A stretch of 64,000 nucleotides of DNA from Neocallimastix sp. 'constans' (Eukaryota). The DNA lies in contig JBODTK010000012.1 in NCBI GenBank assembly GCA_050613775.1, positions 1,240,001 to 1,304,000 on the forward strand, written 5' to 3'. Below are positions 30,601-44,400 of this stretch, piece after piece; position 1 is the first letter of the stretch; the number at the start of each line of letters is the position of its first letter. The position numbers were made by a program, and so were the translations under genes. The notes under the pieces are model-generated. The model made no database searches, was not told the DNA's origin, and saw nothing but the letters and a program-made list of their open reading frames with translations.

Positions 30601-32224
30601 GTTTCTTCCCCTGATATTATTGGTGTAGTTGTTGGTGTAGTTGCTGGTGTGGTTGTTGCTTCTTCATTAAAAATTGTTTTTGTTGTACTTTCATCACTTA
30701 TGCTCGTACTAAATGAGATATTATCTTTTTTATATTTATCCCTTTTTTCTTTTTTTTCTAAGTTTTTTAATTCTTCTTCTTCTTCGTTCAGTTTATTAAT
30801 TTCATATGATTTAACAGATGAAACTATATTCTTGTAAAATAATTTTATCATATTTTCATTATCAATTATTCCATCAATTTTAAATGCACGACAGAATCCT
30901 TCATTAGATAAAATTTGTCCCTGTAAACTCTTTTCTTGTTTTTTTTCAACTAATTTAACGTATATTTCATCACGTTCTAAACTTGTTTTTTTGATATCAT
31001 CTAATCCTGGATTACCATATTGAGCAGTAATAGTAGAAGAATCATCACTCTCGTGTTTTGTTATAATTAATGACAACCATGAACCATATTCCTTCTGCCA
31101 ATATGGATTGTTTTTATTAAATTGAGAATTAGATACAAATGGTCCTTGAGCATTCATTAAATTATCACTTAATAACATAATTAATTGAACATTTTCCGCA
31201 ATTATTAAATTGGCTGTTTCATCGACTTCTTTTTGATATGATTTACTTAAAACAAGTGGTGATCCACTACGATAGAAAGTATATACATTATTAACAGACG
31301 TTAAAATAGCTGGACTAAATGCTGGTTCAATATAGTACTTAAATGAATATTCTGATGCTTGATCTTTATCTAAATGATATGGGAATCCCACAAATTTATT
31401 AACATCATTTGAATTAATTTGTTTACCATCATATATCTTAATATCCAATTCATTATTGCTGTTTTTAATTTGTAATTTGTTTCTATTTTCTTCATAATAA
31501 GGAATATCTGAATCTTCATCAGTAATAAGTACTATAGTTCTAGAACTATTTCTTCTCCAATTTAATTTATTAGTTTCAATAAAGTTATCGGAACCATCAA
31601 TATCTTCGATTTTATTAATAAATTTTTTAGATTTTTTGAGGAACATTCTAATTGTTTCTAAACCAGATTCATGATCTCCATGAATACAATTCAATTTATT
31701 AAATGCATCATTAATAGCTTTAGTATCATCAGTAAATGCACTATAAATACGTGGTTTTCCACCAAAACCAATCACTGAAAATCTGGCATTAATTTTTTCT
31801 TTACTGAGTTCATCCAATAAATCCTGTACCTTACTTTTTAAAGTATTAATATATTTGCACATTGATTTGCTTTCATCAACAAGAAATACTATATCAGAAT
31901 TTATTCCTTCATTTTTACTATCACCTTTAATTTCGTTGTTACTATCATTTTTTAAAAAATTTTGTCCTTGTGAAGATATATCTTCACAGTACTAATTTTA
32001 AATAGTATATTTTAATAAATAAATTAATATCAAAATGTAATATTAAAATCAAATTAATAAACTATAAATCCCTTTTAATTTTAATCTAGGGATACTTTTT
32101 TTTTTTTAAATATTAAAATATTTACCATAAATCCATCTTCACCTTCTGTACATTTACTTGTACTATTTACAAATGTAAAAAAAGCAAAAAATATTAAAGT
32201 TAAATATAGTAAATACCTCCTCAT
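27684..32224 (-). CDS. Secreted protein with three tandem extended von Willebrand A (VWA) repeats and C-terminal furin-like/EGF-like Cys-rich repeats; 2 exons
   Basis: Exon 1 (32224-32126) encodes MRRYLLYLTLIFFAFFTFVNS, a signal peptide. Exon 2 has three ~360-aa repeats, each with DIVF..DESxS (MIDAS), FAIIGFGG, ESGLEAI and IILxTDED. Thr-rich linkers separate them, followed by a C..C..C-rich tail. Confidence 0.9.
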
Positions 32225-32470
32225 TTATTATTTATTTTATTATATTTATTTATTTTATTTTATTTCACTTTTTTTTTTTTTTTTTGTTTTGTTTTTTTTT
32301 TTGTTTTGTTTTTGTTTTTGTTTTTGTTTTTGAACTTTTTTTAATATTAAAAATAAATTATTGAATTAATATATAAATGATATCAATTTCAGTTAATTTT
32401 TTATTTATGTTATAAAAAAAGACTTAAATATCTATTAAATTATTATTAAAGGGTATAAAATTAATAACAA

Positions 32471-32506
<36 letters not shown>

Positions 32507-34750
32507 TTTTTATTTAATAAACTATTTTATTTATTTATTTTATTTATTTATTTCATTTTTTTTATAGAAAAAAAAATTTTTTTTCTTTCTTTTTTTTTTT
32601 TTCTAATTATTATTTTAATTTATTCTTATTAAAATTTAAAAAAAAAATAAAAAAATTACTTCCTTTAAATAAATATTATTAAAATTTATGAATTATGAAA
32701 AAACAAAAAATTATTTAAGTATACTGTTTTTAAAAAATTTAATATACTAAATAAAAAAATTATATTTATAAATTTTAAAAAGTTTAAGTCATTTACAATT
32801 TATTATACTGGATAACTAATATTAAACAAAAATTAAATCTAAACTTATTTTAATTTTAAAAATTATAACTAAAAATATAAATTTATAAATTTTAATTAGT
32901 TGTTTTATAATTGTAAATAAATATATATATTATAACTAATAATTTTTAGAGCAAATGTAAATATATACATTTATAATTAATATTATAACATATCTTATAT
33001 ATATTTATTTTATTTTTAATAAAAAAAAAGCAACTATATAATATATTTGTAATAATTATATCCCAATTCTAAAAATTACTTAACATGTTGGTTTCTAAAT
33101 TCAAAATAAAAAAAAAATTTTTTTTTAATCTAAAGGTATATTAAATTTTTATTTTTATTATTTAAAAGTCAAAACATTACAATATGATTAATAAATATTA
33201 ATAATTTTTAATTTGATATAAAAGCAACCTTAATAATAGATAATGATATTTATAATAATAATTGTATACATTATTTCTTTCTTTTTATAAATATATAAAA
33301 ATATTTGGAATATAAAAAAAAAATGCAAAAATATTTTATATAAAAAAAAAAAATGCAAAGTACATTATTTTTATTATATAATTACAATTTTTTTAATATT
33401 TTAATTTATATTAATTTTTATTGGTTAAATTCTTATGATAAAAATAATATATTAAAAATATATATATGATATATATATATAAATTTAAAAAAATATAATT
33501 ATTATGAAGTATTTATCTAAAAAATGTATTTTTATTTTTATAAAATATCTTTAGGTTAATTCTATATTTATAAAAAAAATATATATATATATACATAATT
33601 ATAATATATATTTTTTATATATAATAAAAATACATTTTTTAAAATTTTTTAAATTTAATATTATTAACTTTTTATTTAACTTTATATTTTTTTTTAAATA
33701 TTAATATTATTATTTATAAAAAGAAATCATTAGATTAATTATTTTTTTTTATTTTTTTTATGAACCAACATTTATTCATATTCACTTATATTGTTATATA
33801 TATTTATATAATATTTATATTAATTAAATATAAATTTAAAATATCTTTAAACAAATTTCTACTACTAATTCATTTTATAAAATGAACAAATTATAATCAA
33901 TTTTAATAATCTTTATTATAATTAAATAATTTTATAGCAATAATATTAAATTATGAAAAATTTAAATTATAAATCAAAAAATTAAAATATAAATCAAAAA
34001 ATTAAAATATTTTATCTTTTTAAAGTTTAAAATTAAAAATATATTATTATTTATTAATGTATAAAACTTTTGAATTTATTTTATAACTTAAAAATTAAAA
34101 ATTTATAATTATTTAACTTTATTATGTGTAAATATGAAAGAAATAAATATTTTCTTATTACAATACGTACAAAATATATTGAAATTTTTTAATATATTCT
34201 TTAAAATTTATGTTTATATATAATAAATAATAGTGATTAATGTTTAATTTAAATAATTTATTATAAAAAATATAATAATCTATTATTATTTCGATACCTG
34301 AAAATATAAAAACATAACAATGCTTTTGTTTTTTATAAAGTATATAGTTTCATATTACTTTATTATATGAAATTATATACTTCATTATAGAAAATCATAG
34401 CTTCAACAGTATCAAAAAACAAAAACAAAACAAAAAAAAAAAAAGAAATTAAATAGTATATATTTTATTAGTGTAAATAAATATTTTTGTAATTATAATA
34501 TTTAAATTTTAAATAAAAATTTAGCATAAAAATAAAACCAGTATAAATCTGAATAAATTTGTTTTATTTTATTATTTTATACTTTTATGATTTTATTTAA
34601 AAATTATATATAAATATATAATATCTTTAATACATCTATTATATAAAATAAAATTTCAACAAATAAATAATTAATATCTTTCAATATTTAGTATTTCATT
34701 AAAAAAATATCCTAAATTTTTTTGTAATTTTATTTATATTTTCTATATTT

Positions 34751-34798
<48 letters not shown>

Positions 34799-35380
34799 TT
34801 TAATATTATTAAAATAAATAAATAAATAAAAAATTAGAAAAAAAATAAAATAAAACTAAAATTTATTAGTTATTATGCATTGCTATTTCTTATTATAAAT
34901 TATTAGTTATTTTTATATATTAAAAAATAATTTATATTGTATTTTAAAACACAATATAAAAAGACTTGTTGATAATGTACTTCTATAGTTCCATCTACAA
35001 ATTTAAAAACTAATGCAAATAACAATAAAATACTATCAACTTCATTGACCATCCAAATCGTTTATTTAATTTACTTACTTAATTATTTATAATGTGTTAT
35101 ATATAAGATTAGTATTTCAATAAATATTATGTACTTTTTTATTTTTTTTAATGCAAGATTCTTTAATCAATTATTATTATTGTTGTTTTAATTAATTAAA
35201 TCATTATTTATTTATTTATTATTAAATAAATATATTTAAAACTGAACAATAACATTATATATAATTACACTATATTATTATTTATTATTTATATATCATT
35301 TTTTTGTAAATATTATATTTCTATATTGCAATAGATTTTCTCACTAAAAATAAAAATATTTTCAATATATTCTTAATGTC

Positions 35381-35419
<39 letters not shown>

Positions 35420-35697
35420 TTCACATTAAAATATAAATGTAAAAATTTATATATTATAATCAATTTTCATAATGAAAAAAATGAATAATTTTTTATTTAT
35501 TAAATGTTATTTATTTTTTTTAAATCAAGATTTTTTTTATTACAAAATATTTGTAATATAAATTTCAAGTAAATTTAAAATTATTAAAATTATAATATAT
35601 ATATTTTAAATAACTAAAATATGCATATATATATATAATTTTTATTAAATTATTTAATAATAAAATAAAGTTAATATATATATATATATAAATGAAC

Positions 35698-38600
35698 TTA
35701 ATCTTTTTTAAATTTAGATAGTTTTATATTTTCAAAATTAATCATTCTAATATCATTAATATTTAATAATTGATTAATAATATATTTTAGAGTAACAGAA
35801 TTTCCGTTTTGGTTTGCTGATACCATAATTTTATTAAAATTTATACTATTTATATCAAAAGATCTATAATTAAATCTTTCTTGAATAAATATATTTTCAA
35901 TAATAAATTCAATTAATGATATCTTTTTCATTTCACTAATAGCTAATAATATTTTTTCAATATTATTATAATTTAATTCTAAAAATTTATTACTCATTAT
36001 AGTTTCAATATAAAATCTAGATATTTCTTCATCGTTTAATTTATCTGCTATTAATAATATTTTCTTAATTTTCATATTATTTTTATTAAATGTCTTATGG
36101 TTTACCAATTTTTCAATAATAAACTTCATAAAATCATTATCTTCTATTTTAGAAGCAGTTAATAATATAGTTTCAAAAACCTCATAACTTATTAAAAATT
36201 GTTTACATTTGAACAATTCTTTAATAAAATACTCTAATACAAGAATATTATCATCTAGTTGCCTTAAAATTAATAAATCTCTTCCAATTTTAATTTTATT
36301 AAGTACAAAGGTTTCATGATTAATTATCTTTTCAATAATTAATATCATTAATTCTGAATCATTAAACTGACTAACAATTAGTAGAATATCATCAAAATTA
36401 ATTTTATTAAAATCAAATGTTTCATGACTTAATGACTTTTTTATATAAATTTGCATTAATTCAACATTTTTTTTTACCATTAAATAATGAAAAGTTTTTT
36501 CAATATTTATATTATTTAAATTAAATGTTTTATGTTTTAATGATTCATTAATAAAAAATTCAATTAGTTGTACATTATCCATTTCTAATATAATATTAAA
36601 AAAATGTTCAAAACTAATAATAATATTAAAATCAAAAGCTTTATGACTCAAAAGTTTCTTGATGAATAATTTCATTAGTTCATAATTTTGGAATCGAGAT
36701 AAATCAACTAGTATAAAATCGCATCTAATATTTTTTAAATTAAAATTTTTATTTGAGAATAGTTTTTTCAAAAAGAAAAAAATAAAATCTATATTAACAT
36801 TTCCAAATATTACAGACATGTATATTTGCCCTAAAAACATTTCAATAATGTTATTGAAATGAAAGATTTTAGATTTAAATAATCTTTCAATAAAGATATA
36901 ATTATTTTTTTCCGCTGCCTTATGTAATAATTCATTGATTTCTATGTCATCTAAATAAACTTTTGGTTCATTACGAATATGATTAAAAAACCAATTTATT
37001 GCATTATTATTATTATTACATAAAGCTTCATAATAGCATTTATATGAAATAGAGATTTTATTCGTCTTATACATAACTAAAGCTTGTAATTGTTGATTCG
37101 ATAATGAAAGCTTGTATTTATAAAAAGATAATAAGTTTAAAATAAAACCATTATCAAGTGTGTAATATTTTGAAATATTATTTATAATATCATTATTATA
37201 ATTTTCTGAAAAATTATTGATATTTCTATTCATTAATGCTTCAATTAATTCAGATGTTAATTCAAATCCATGATTTAATATGTATATTAAATTTGTGCTA
37301 TTAAGCCTACGATAATAATATAACTGATAAATAATATCTTTATTATGTATTTTATAATTAATGGATGCACCATATTTTATTAAAATATCTGCAACTGCGA
37401 AGTTATTAACAGAAAGTGCACAAAAAAGAGGAGATTTATAAGATCGGTGAGTATGTATATAATAATCTAAAGTTCTATAATAAGGAATAATAAATTTAAT
37501 CATTTCTAAAGAAACGTTAATAGTTATAGCATATATTAATAGATCATACTCTTCGTTATTAAAAAAGGAAAAGGATAGATGATTTTCTTCCATATAATTT
37601 TTTAATTCTAAGATTTTTTTCATTTTAATATATTCAACTACAATTTTTCTTTTATCCTCTAAAGTTTCTAAATTATTTAAAAACTTTTTATCAATTGGTA
37701 AGTTTAATTCGTTACTATTAATTTTTTCTAAAAAAATAAATTTTTTAATACTATGATTATTTTTTTGGTCTTCTTTTAATAAAAAAAACAAATCATCGAA
37801 GATAATATCTTTTTCTCTCCAATCCATTTTATAAAGAAAATTTAGTATATCATAATTATCATTTTTAAATGCAGCCTCATAGATAGATTTATCGAATTCA
37901 ATTTTATTTTTTTCTTTATTCAATATTTTATGTATCTGTCGACTAGAAATTGATGTTTTATTTTTATAGATAGTAAGTAATTTCAAAATAAAAAAGTCAT
38001 TATAAATATATTGTTTAATTATGTTTTTCAACAACCTGTTTTGATGATCAGAAATTAACTGGTTAATAAATATTACTTTTAATTTAAAATTATTATTCAA
38101 TATGTATTTTAAATTTTTAGTATTAATAATTTTATCTTCATATAAACAAGTTAAAATAGCTCCATAATTAATATCAGCACCTTTTTTTATGAAAAAATCA
38201 AAATATTTATATTGATTTTTTAATAAAAAAGAATATAACAAAGTTGAGGATTTCCCATTAACATTCATATAGAAATTATAATTGAAACTTGTATAATTAC
38301 AATATTTAATTAAGAAATTTATCATTGAAAGTGAGACATTATTTTCAATACAATATTTTATAATGTGATTTTGGTTTTCAATGTTTTCATCTTGAATATT
38401 TAAATGAATATTATATTTTTCTAAGTATTCTTTTAACTCATTTATATTATTATTTTTAATTAATGAAAAAATATGTTCTTTTTTTTCATTGTCAGTTACA
38501 ATATTTTCCAAATCATCTAAAAATTTTTTATTAACTTGTATTTTCAATTCTGGATTTTTAAGTTTGTTAATAAATTCTGTTTTATTAATACTACTATGTG

Positions 38601-39312
38601 TAAATATGTAACAAAAATCATTTATTATTAAGTTATGTTCTCGTGGGTCATTATCATATAAGATAGCAATAGCTTCATAATTATTATAATATATAGCTGT
38701 TTCGTAAATATATCTATTAAATTCTATTTCCTTAATTCTATTATTCAATAAACCTTCCAATTTCTTATTTGTTAAAACAATTCTTTTTTTATAATGTTTT
38801 AGAAATTTTAAAATATAATCATTACTATAAATAAAGTAATTAAAAATATAAAATAAAAAATAATTTTCATTATTCATTATAAATTCATTAATTAAAAATG
38901 ATAAATTCATACCTTTATATAATACATATTTTACATTTTTATAAATATTTAAAATTTGTTTGCGTTCATCATTAACAATATAATTAATATCTGCTCCATA
39001 CTCAATCAAATAATTTGCAACTTTAAAATTACTTCTTCCAATAGCAGATAACAAAGGTGTTTTCCTTTTATATTCAGGGTATTCATTTACTATATAATTT
39101 AGAGTTTTATATTTGCATTTACATATTATATATTCTATTATATTAATTGAAGCATCATTTTCAATTGAAAAAACTAAAATATCAAAATTTTCATTATTTA
39201 AATCTTTTATTTGTAAATTATTATTCCTTATAAATTGTCTAAATTCATTAATGTCATTGTCTCTAAATATTTCTCTTATTCTTTTATTTATTTCTACACT
39301 ATTAATAGGCAT
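35698..39312 (-). CDS. Large intronless ankyrin-repeat protein
   Basis: About 1200-aa ORF (first in-frame ATG at 39312). Ankyrin motifs KTPLLSAIGRSNFKVANYLIEYGADINY and KSPLFCALSVNNFAVADILIKYGASINY sit within three ~270-aa internal repeats, followed by helical ~38-aa repeats. Confidence 0.85.
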   Translation of the reverse strand: MPINSVEINKRIREIFRDNDINEFRQFIRNNNLQIKDLNNENFDILVFSIENDASINIIEYIICKCKYKTLNYIVNEYPEYKRKTPLLSAIGRSNFKVANYLIEYGADINYIVNDERKQILNIYKNVKYVLYKGMNLSFLINEFIMNNENYFLFYIFNYFIYSNDYILKFLKHYKKRIVLTNKKLEGLLNNRIKEIEFNRYIYETAIYYNNYEAIAILYDNDPREHNLIINDFCYIFTHSSINKTEFINKLKNPELKIQVNKKFLDDLENIVTDNEKKEHIFSLIKNNNINELKEYLEKYNIHLNIQDENIENQNHIIKYCIENNVSLSMINFLIKYCNYTSFNYNFYMNVNGKSSTLLYSFLLKNQYKYFDFFIKKGADINYGAILTCLYEDKIINTKNLKYILNNNFKLKVIFINQLISDHQNRLLKNIIKQYIYNDFFILKLLTIYKNKTSISSRQIHKILNKEKNKIEFDKSIYEAAFKNDNYDILNFLYKMDWREKDIIFDDLFFLLKEDQKNNHSIKKFIFLEKINSNELNLPIDKKFLNNLETLEDKRKIVVEYIKMKKILELKNYMEENHLSFSFFNNEEYDLLIYAITINVSLEMIKFIIPYYRTLDYYIHTHRSYKSPLFCALSVNNFAVADILIKYGASINYKIHNKDIIYQLYYYRRLNSTNLIYILNHGFELTSELIEALMNRNINNFSENYNNDIINNISKYYTLDNGFILNLLSFYKYKLSLSNQQLQALVMYKTNKISISYKCYYEALCNNNNNAINWFFNHIRNEPKVYLDDIEINELLHKAAEKNNYIFIERLFKSKIFHFNNIIEMFLGQIYMSVIFGNVNIDFIFFFLKKLFSNKNFNLKNIRCDFILVDLSRFQNYELMKLFIKKLLSHKAFDFNIIISFEHFFNIILEMDNVQLIEFFINESLKHKTFNLNNINIEKTFHYLMVKKNVELMQIYIKKSLSHETFDFNKINFDDILLIVSQFNDSELMILIIEKIINHETFVLNKIKIGRDLLILRQLDDNILVLEYFIKELFKCKQFLISYEVFETILLTASKIEDNDFMKFIIEKLVNHKTFNKNNMKIKKILLIADKLNDEEISRFYIETIMSNKFLELNYNNIEKILLAISEMKKISLIEFIIENIFIQERFNYRSFDINSINFNKIMVSANQNGNSVTLKYIINQLLNINDIRMINFENIKLSKFKKD

Positions 39313-39659
39313 AACTATATTATTTAATAACACTTTTATAATTACACAATCAAAGAAATGTATTATGTAATAATATCCATTTTTTAATTTATTTATTTAT
39401 TATTTATTCATTTATTATATTATTTATTCATTTATTATTTATTATTTAATTATTATTTATTTAATGTTTATTTATTATTTATTTATTTATTATTTATTTA
39501 TTTGTTTATTTATTTAAAGTTAATATAATATAAAATATTTTACTTCTTTTAAGAAGTGTTAAGTAAAATAAAAAATAATAAAAATAAAAAAAAATTTTTT
39601 TTTAATTAATCATAGAAAATTTAATGTAATAAAGAATAAAAATAAGTTCAAAAGTTAAA

Positions 39660-40112
39660 AAAATTTCGGTATGACGTATACTATGTGTAGTAGCATGATC
39701 ACCATTAAAATTTAAATTAATAAAACAAAGTGTGGTATCCACTAAACTCTCACTTGAGCCACAAGAAAGATCATCAAAAATTAAATTACTTACTATAGGT
39801 TTTGTGTTCAGAACTGTAAATGTGTATTGATAAGAATTAACAGGACTACTAATTGCACTATTCCTTTGCCATATCGGTACTATGTCGACACTCTTGGTAA
39901 TGAAAGTGTTTTTGCTAAACCTCTCAAAAAGTAACTTAAAAGAACAACTGATGATTGTTATTGTATTAGCAAGATATTCTGAAAGCCCCACAATATACGG
40001 AACCCTAAATCCCTGTGAACTTTTTAGGAGTTGTTCACTTAAATGTCTCTATTCCCCAATATCGAATTGTAGCTTATCTAAAGCTGAAATTCCACCAAGA
40101 AGGAATATATAA
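39660..40112 (-). pseudogene. Isolated coding-like fragment with an internal stop, origin unknown
   Basis: About 450 bp with markedly higher GC than the flanks. The minus frame reads YIFLLGGISALDKLQFDIGE*RHLSEQLLKSSQGFRVPYIVGLSEYL...; no ATG or splice context found. Confidence 0.3.
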
Positions 40113-40990
40113 AAAAACTGCTTATGAAATTTTCATATTCTAAAATATTAGAATAAGAAGGAAGTAAGGAAAAATTCCTTAAAAAATATTAATATAAATT
40201 TAATACGTTTAAATGTAAAAATATATTATAAATATATTAAGATTAAAAAAAATATATAATAAATGTATTAAAAAAAAAATTAAAAAAAAAAAAAATTAAA
40301 AAAGATAATATAAATAAAGAGAAATTTTTCAACCGCATTATTAAATTATTATTCATACAACAGTTTTACAATTATACAACAATAATTTCAAACATTCTTT
40401 TTCAACATAAACTCAGATTACACTCTAACAAAATTTCACATAAGTTTTAGAGGTTTAAAAAATCTTTTATGATTTTTTTACATGATTATTCTTGATCAAT
40501 TTATATTCAAAAAAATGATTGAATCCAAAATGATTAATTGGTTAAAAAAGAATTACTAAAAACTTATTTGATAAACAAAATCATAAAAATATATATAATT
40601 TTAATAATTAATATAGCTTTAATTTATTTTATTTTATTATATTTTTTTATATTAGTATTCTACATTATCTCATTTTTTCACTATTAATTGTTATTTAATT
40701 TTATTTTACTATTAGTTTACTGTCTTATTATACTCAATAATTTATTTAATAGTTCATATATTATTTTATTTTATTTTTATTAAAACTTTATGATTTTTTA
40801 TTTAAAATATATAAAACCAAAAATAATATTTTTCAAAATAAAAATATATCATGATAATTATTAAATCAGTAACTAATACTGCTATATATTGATATTTAAT
40901 AAACAATTAAAATCTTATATATAACTATTAAAATTAAAATATAAAATATTAATTTAATATTATTATAATTAATAATTATAATATTTATAC

Positions 40991-41022
<32 letters not shown>

Positions 41023-41071
41023 GTTATTATTATTATTATTGTTGTTGTTGTTGTTGTTATTATTATTATTA

Positions 41072-41168
<97 letters not shown>
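40991..41168. repeat. (TTA)n/(TTG)n microsatellite
   Basis: Trinucleotide run downstream of the J-domain gene. Confidence 0.95.
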
Positions 41169-41424
41169 CAAATTTCAAATATAGAAAAATATTAATTCAT
41201 ATTATATTATTCTAACCCTAATTCCACATTTCAAAGGAAAGGTAGAACTACTTTAATACTTTTTGCGTTATAAATTTCATAATTTACTATATCTACATTA
41301 TAGATATATCATATATAAACATATTTATATATAATATATATAATTTAATAATTTTTATTTTTTTTAAAAAAAAATTCATATTTAAATATTTTTTACCTTA
41401 ATAAAAATTAAGTCATTAAATGAT

Positions 41425-44400
41425 TTAATTTTTATATTTTAGTAGTACTTCATATGCAATATTTATCTCTTTCATTTTTTCCGTATATTCTTCTTTTTGA
41501 TTTTCATTTTGACATTTATCCGGATGAAATTTGCGTGCTAAATTACGATATGCTTTTTTAATATTTGCTAGAGTTGGATTATTACTTTCATCTAAACCAA
41601 GAATTCTATAGCATTCTGATTTATTTGGAGATTTTGAATTGAAAGATCTAGTACGCTCTCTCTCTTTTTTTTCATAATTATTATTATAATTATATGATCC
41701 ATTAGAACTTGAAGAACTTGAATAACTTGAAGAGCTTGAAGAGCTTGAATAACTTGAATAACTTGAAGAACTTGAAGAACTCCAAGAATGTGAATAATTT
41801 GAAAATTCACTGTGTAATTTCGCTTTTCTTAAATTGGTTAATATTTCTATATTTATTTATAAATTTGTTTTTATTGTATAAAACCAATTATTATAAGAAA
41901 ATTTATTATAAAAATATTAGTAATTAATTCTTTTAGCATATAAGATATTTTTTTATAAGAAAATGAATCAAAAGTATTAAACATATTTAAAAAGAATCCA
42001 TTTCAAAGTAATATTTACCATAGTCATATGGACAAAAATCATTCAACAATGTATAATCTTTAACAGCATCATCAAAGAATTTTCCTTCTAAAAAGCATTC
42101 CGCCCTAATTTTTAATAATTCAATAAAATATTCCTTAAATATAGATTTTTTATATTCATTCATAATATATTCTTTCTTGTCTTTTAATACAAATTGATTT
42201 AATATATTAATTGACCGGTTTACATTCATAATACTCTTATTATAATTTTTCATCTATTAAAACAATATTTATGAAATTATCAATTATTTAATTTTTGAAA
42301 TATTTTTGGAATTTATCTTATACTTTTATTATAATTTTATTTTCTTTTAAAAAAAATTACATACTTTTTTATATAATTTAGCTATCTCTTTATATATTAA
42401 TATTTCAATATATCCTGTAATACAATATTCTTTATATTTTTTGAGTAATAACTTATAATTACTAATTTTCATTTCATAATTTTCATAAATATAATTGGTT
42501 TCTTCAGTCTTTTCTTTAAGTTCACTTAAATTCTCAGCTTTATTTAACTAATATGATAAATATAATATAATATATTATATTATATTAATTAAATGTAATT
42601 ATTTTGTTTATTTATACATAAATAAATAAAAAGAAATAAAAACAAATGATATAATATAATATATAAAAATATAAAAATAGATAACCATTTTTTTTAATTC
42701 TTCTAATTTTTCATTAAGAATACAAGAAGAAAGTCCTTTTTTAATATATATAATAGCTTGATTAGGTTCATTTAATTGTAAATAACAAGTTGCTAATCTT
42801 ATATATCCAAGAATAGATTGTTTATCATTATTAATAGCCGTAATACAATCTTTAATTGCTTCTTTATAATTTAATGTCATCATATATGCTGCAGCTCTAT
42901 TTGTATAATATTTAGAATTACAATGTGGGCATTTATCTATATTTTATATATATATTATTTTTTTATTAATTCTAATTTTTGAATTTATATTTATTGTATA
43001 TTTATAGAGATATATATTATTTAATTAATTAAAAGATTAATTGTCTTAAATTTACCGATTGCTTTAGTATAAAAATTGATGGCGTCCTCATAATTTTTAT
43101 TCTTATATAATTCATTTCCTTTCTTTTTATAGTTTTCAGCATCTTCGGTACTTATTTTAAATTTATTATATTTATATATTTAATAAAATATAAATCACTT
43201 TCATATAAAATAACATTATTTATTCTAATAAAATGTTATCTAATTAAATATGATATTTTATATATAAAGTTTATTAATTACTCTTTTATATATCTTTTTG
43301 CTCTATTCAACAACAAACAATAGGGATTACTAACTATATATATTTATATAAATTATATTGTTATTTAGTTTTATTTTTATTTTTTAATTTTATTTTTTAA
43401 TATTCTATTATATTTGTAATAATTATAATCAAATTAATAAAAATACCATATAGATTATTATTATTCTTTAATTTGACTAATATTTCATAGTCATTTACAG
43501 CTTTATGATATGATTTTGACTCCATATAACACTCCGCTCTAGATTTATATAATTTTTCATAAATGCTTCTATGAGAATTATTAATATTGTCATAATTATG
43601 AATAGTTATTTTCAATAATTTATCAAGATTATTAATAGCCTCAGTACAATATTGAATGCGAAGTTCTTTGTTCTATTAACATTTAAAATAAAAATAAAAA
43701 AAATTTTTATTATTAAAAAATAATAATGTATAATATAATATATTTTATTTATTATTACTAATTATTAATTAATAATAAATATGTAATAATAATAAAAATC
43801 CTTGTTCTTTTTTTTTTTACTTACACTTGTATTAATTGCCATCTTTTCTAAAATGATAACTTCAACATATTTGTAATCTTGTTTTTCCCTATAAATATTT
43901 AAAATTTGATCATAATCTGTATTTCCCATAAAATTTGAATTGACACCCTTTATTTTTTTTGCTGTTTCTAGCTAATAAAGATTTTTAATTATAATTAAAT
44001 TAATAAATTTTATTGAATATTAGTTATTATTATATATTATATATATTAAAAATGTGTGTATATATGTAAAATATTACCTCTTCATTATATTCACCGTAAT
44101 ATTCATTATTTGAATCAATATGAATCTTACTAAGTTCCTCTATGGCATTATCAGGCTTAAATAATTGAAGGTAGCATTTTGCAATATTTATAACTGCTTT
44201 ATAATATTTATTATCAAATCTATAGGCATCTTTAAAATCATCTATTGCAGAATTATAACAATAAAGTTTCATGTTCGCTAATCCACGATTAAAATAGCAT
44301 TTATAATTTTCTTTGTACAGTTCTATTTAATTTTTTATGAAATTAATATAGAATTTATTATATATAAATAAATATATAAATAACTATATAAATATGCATA

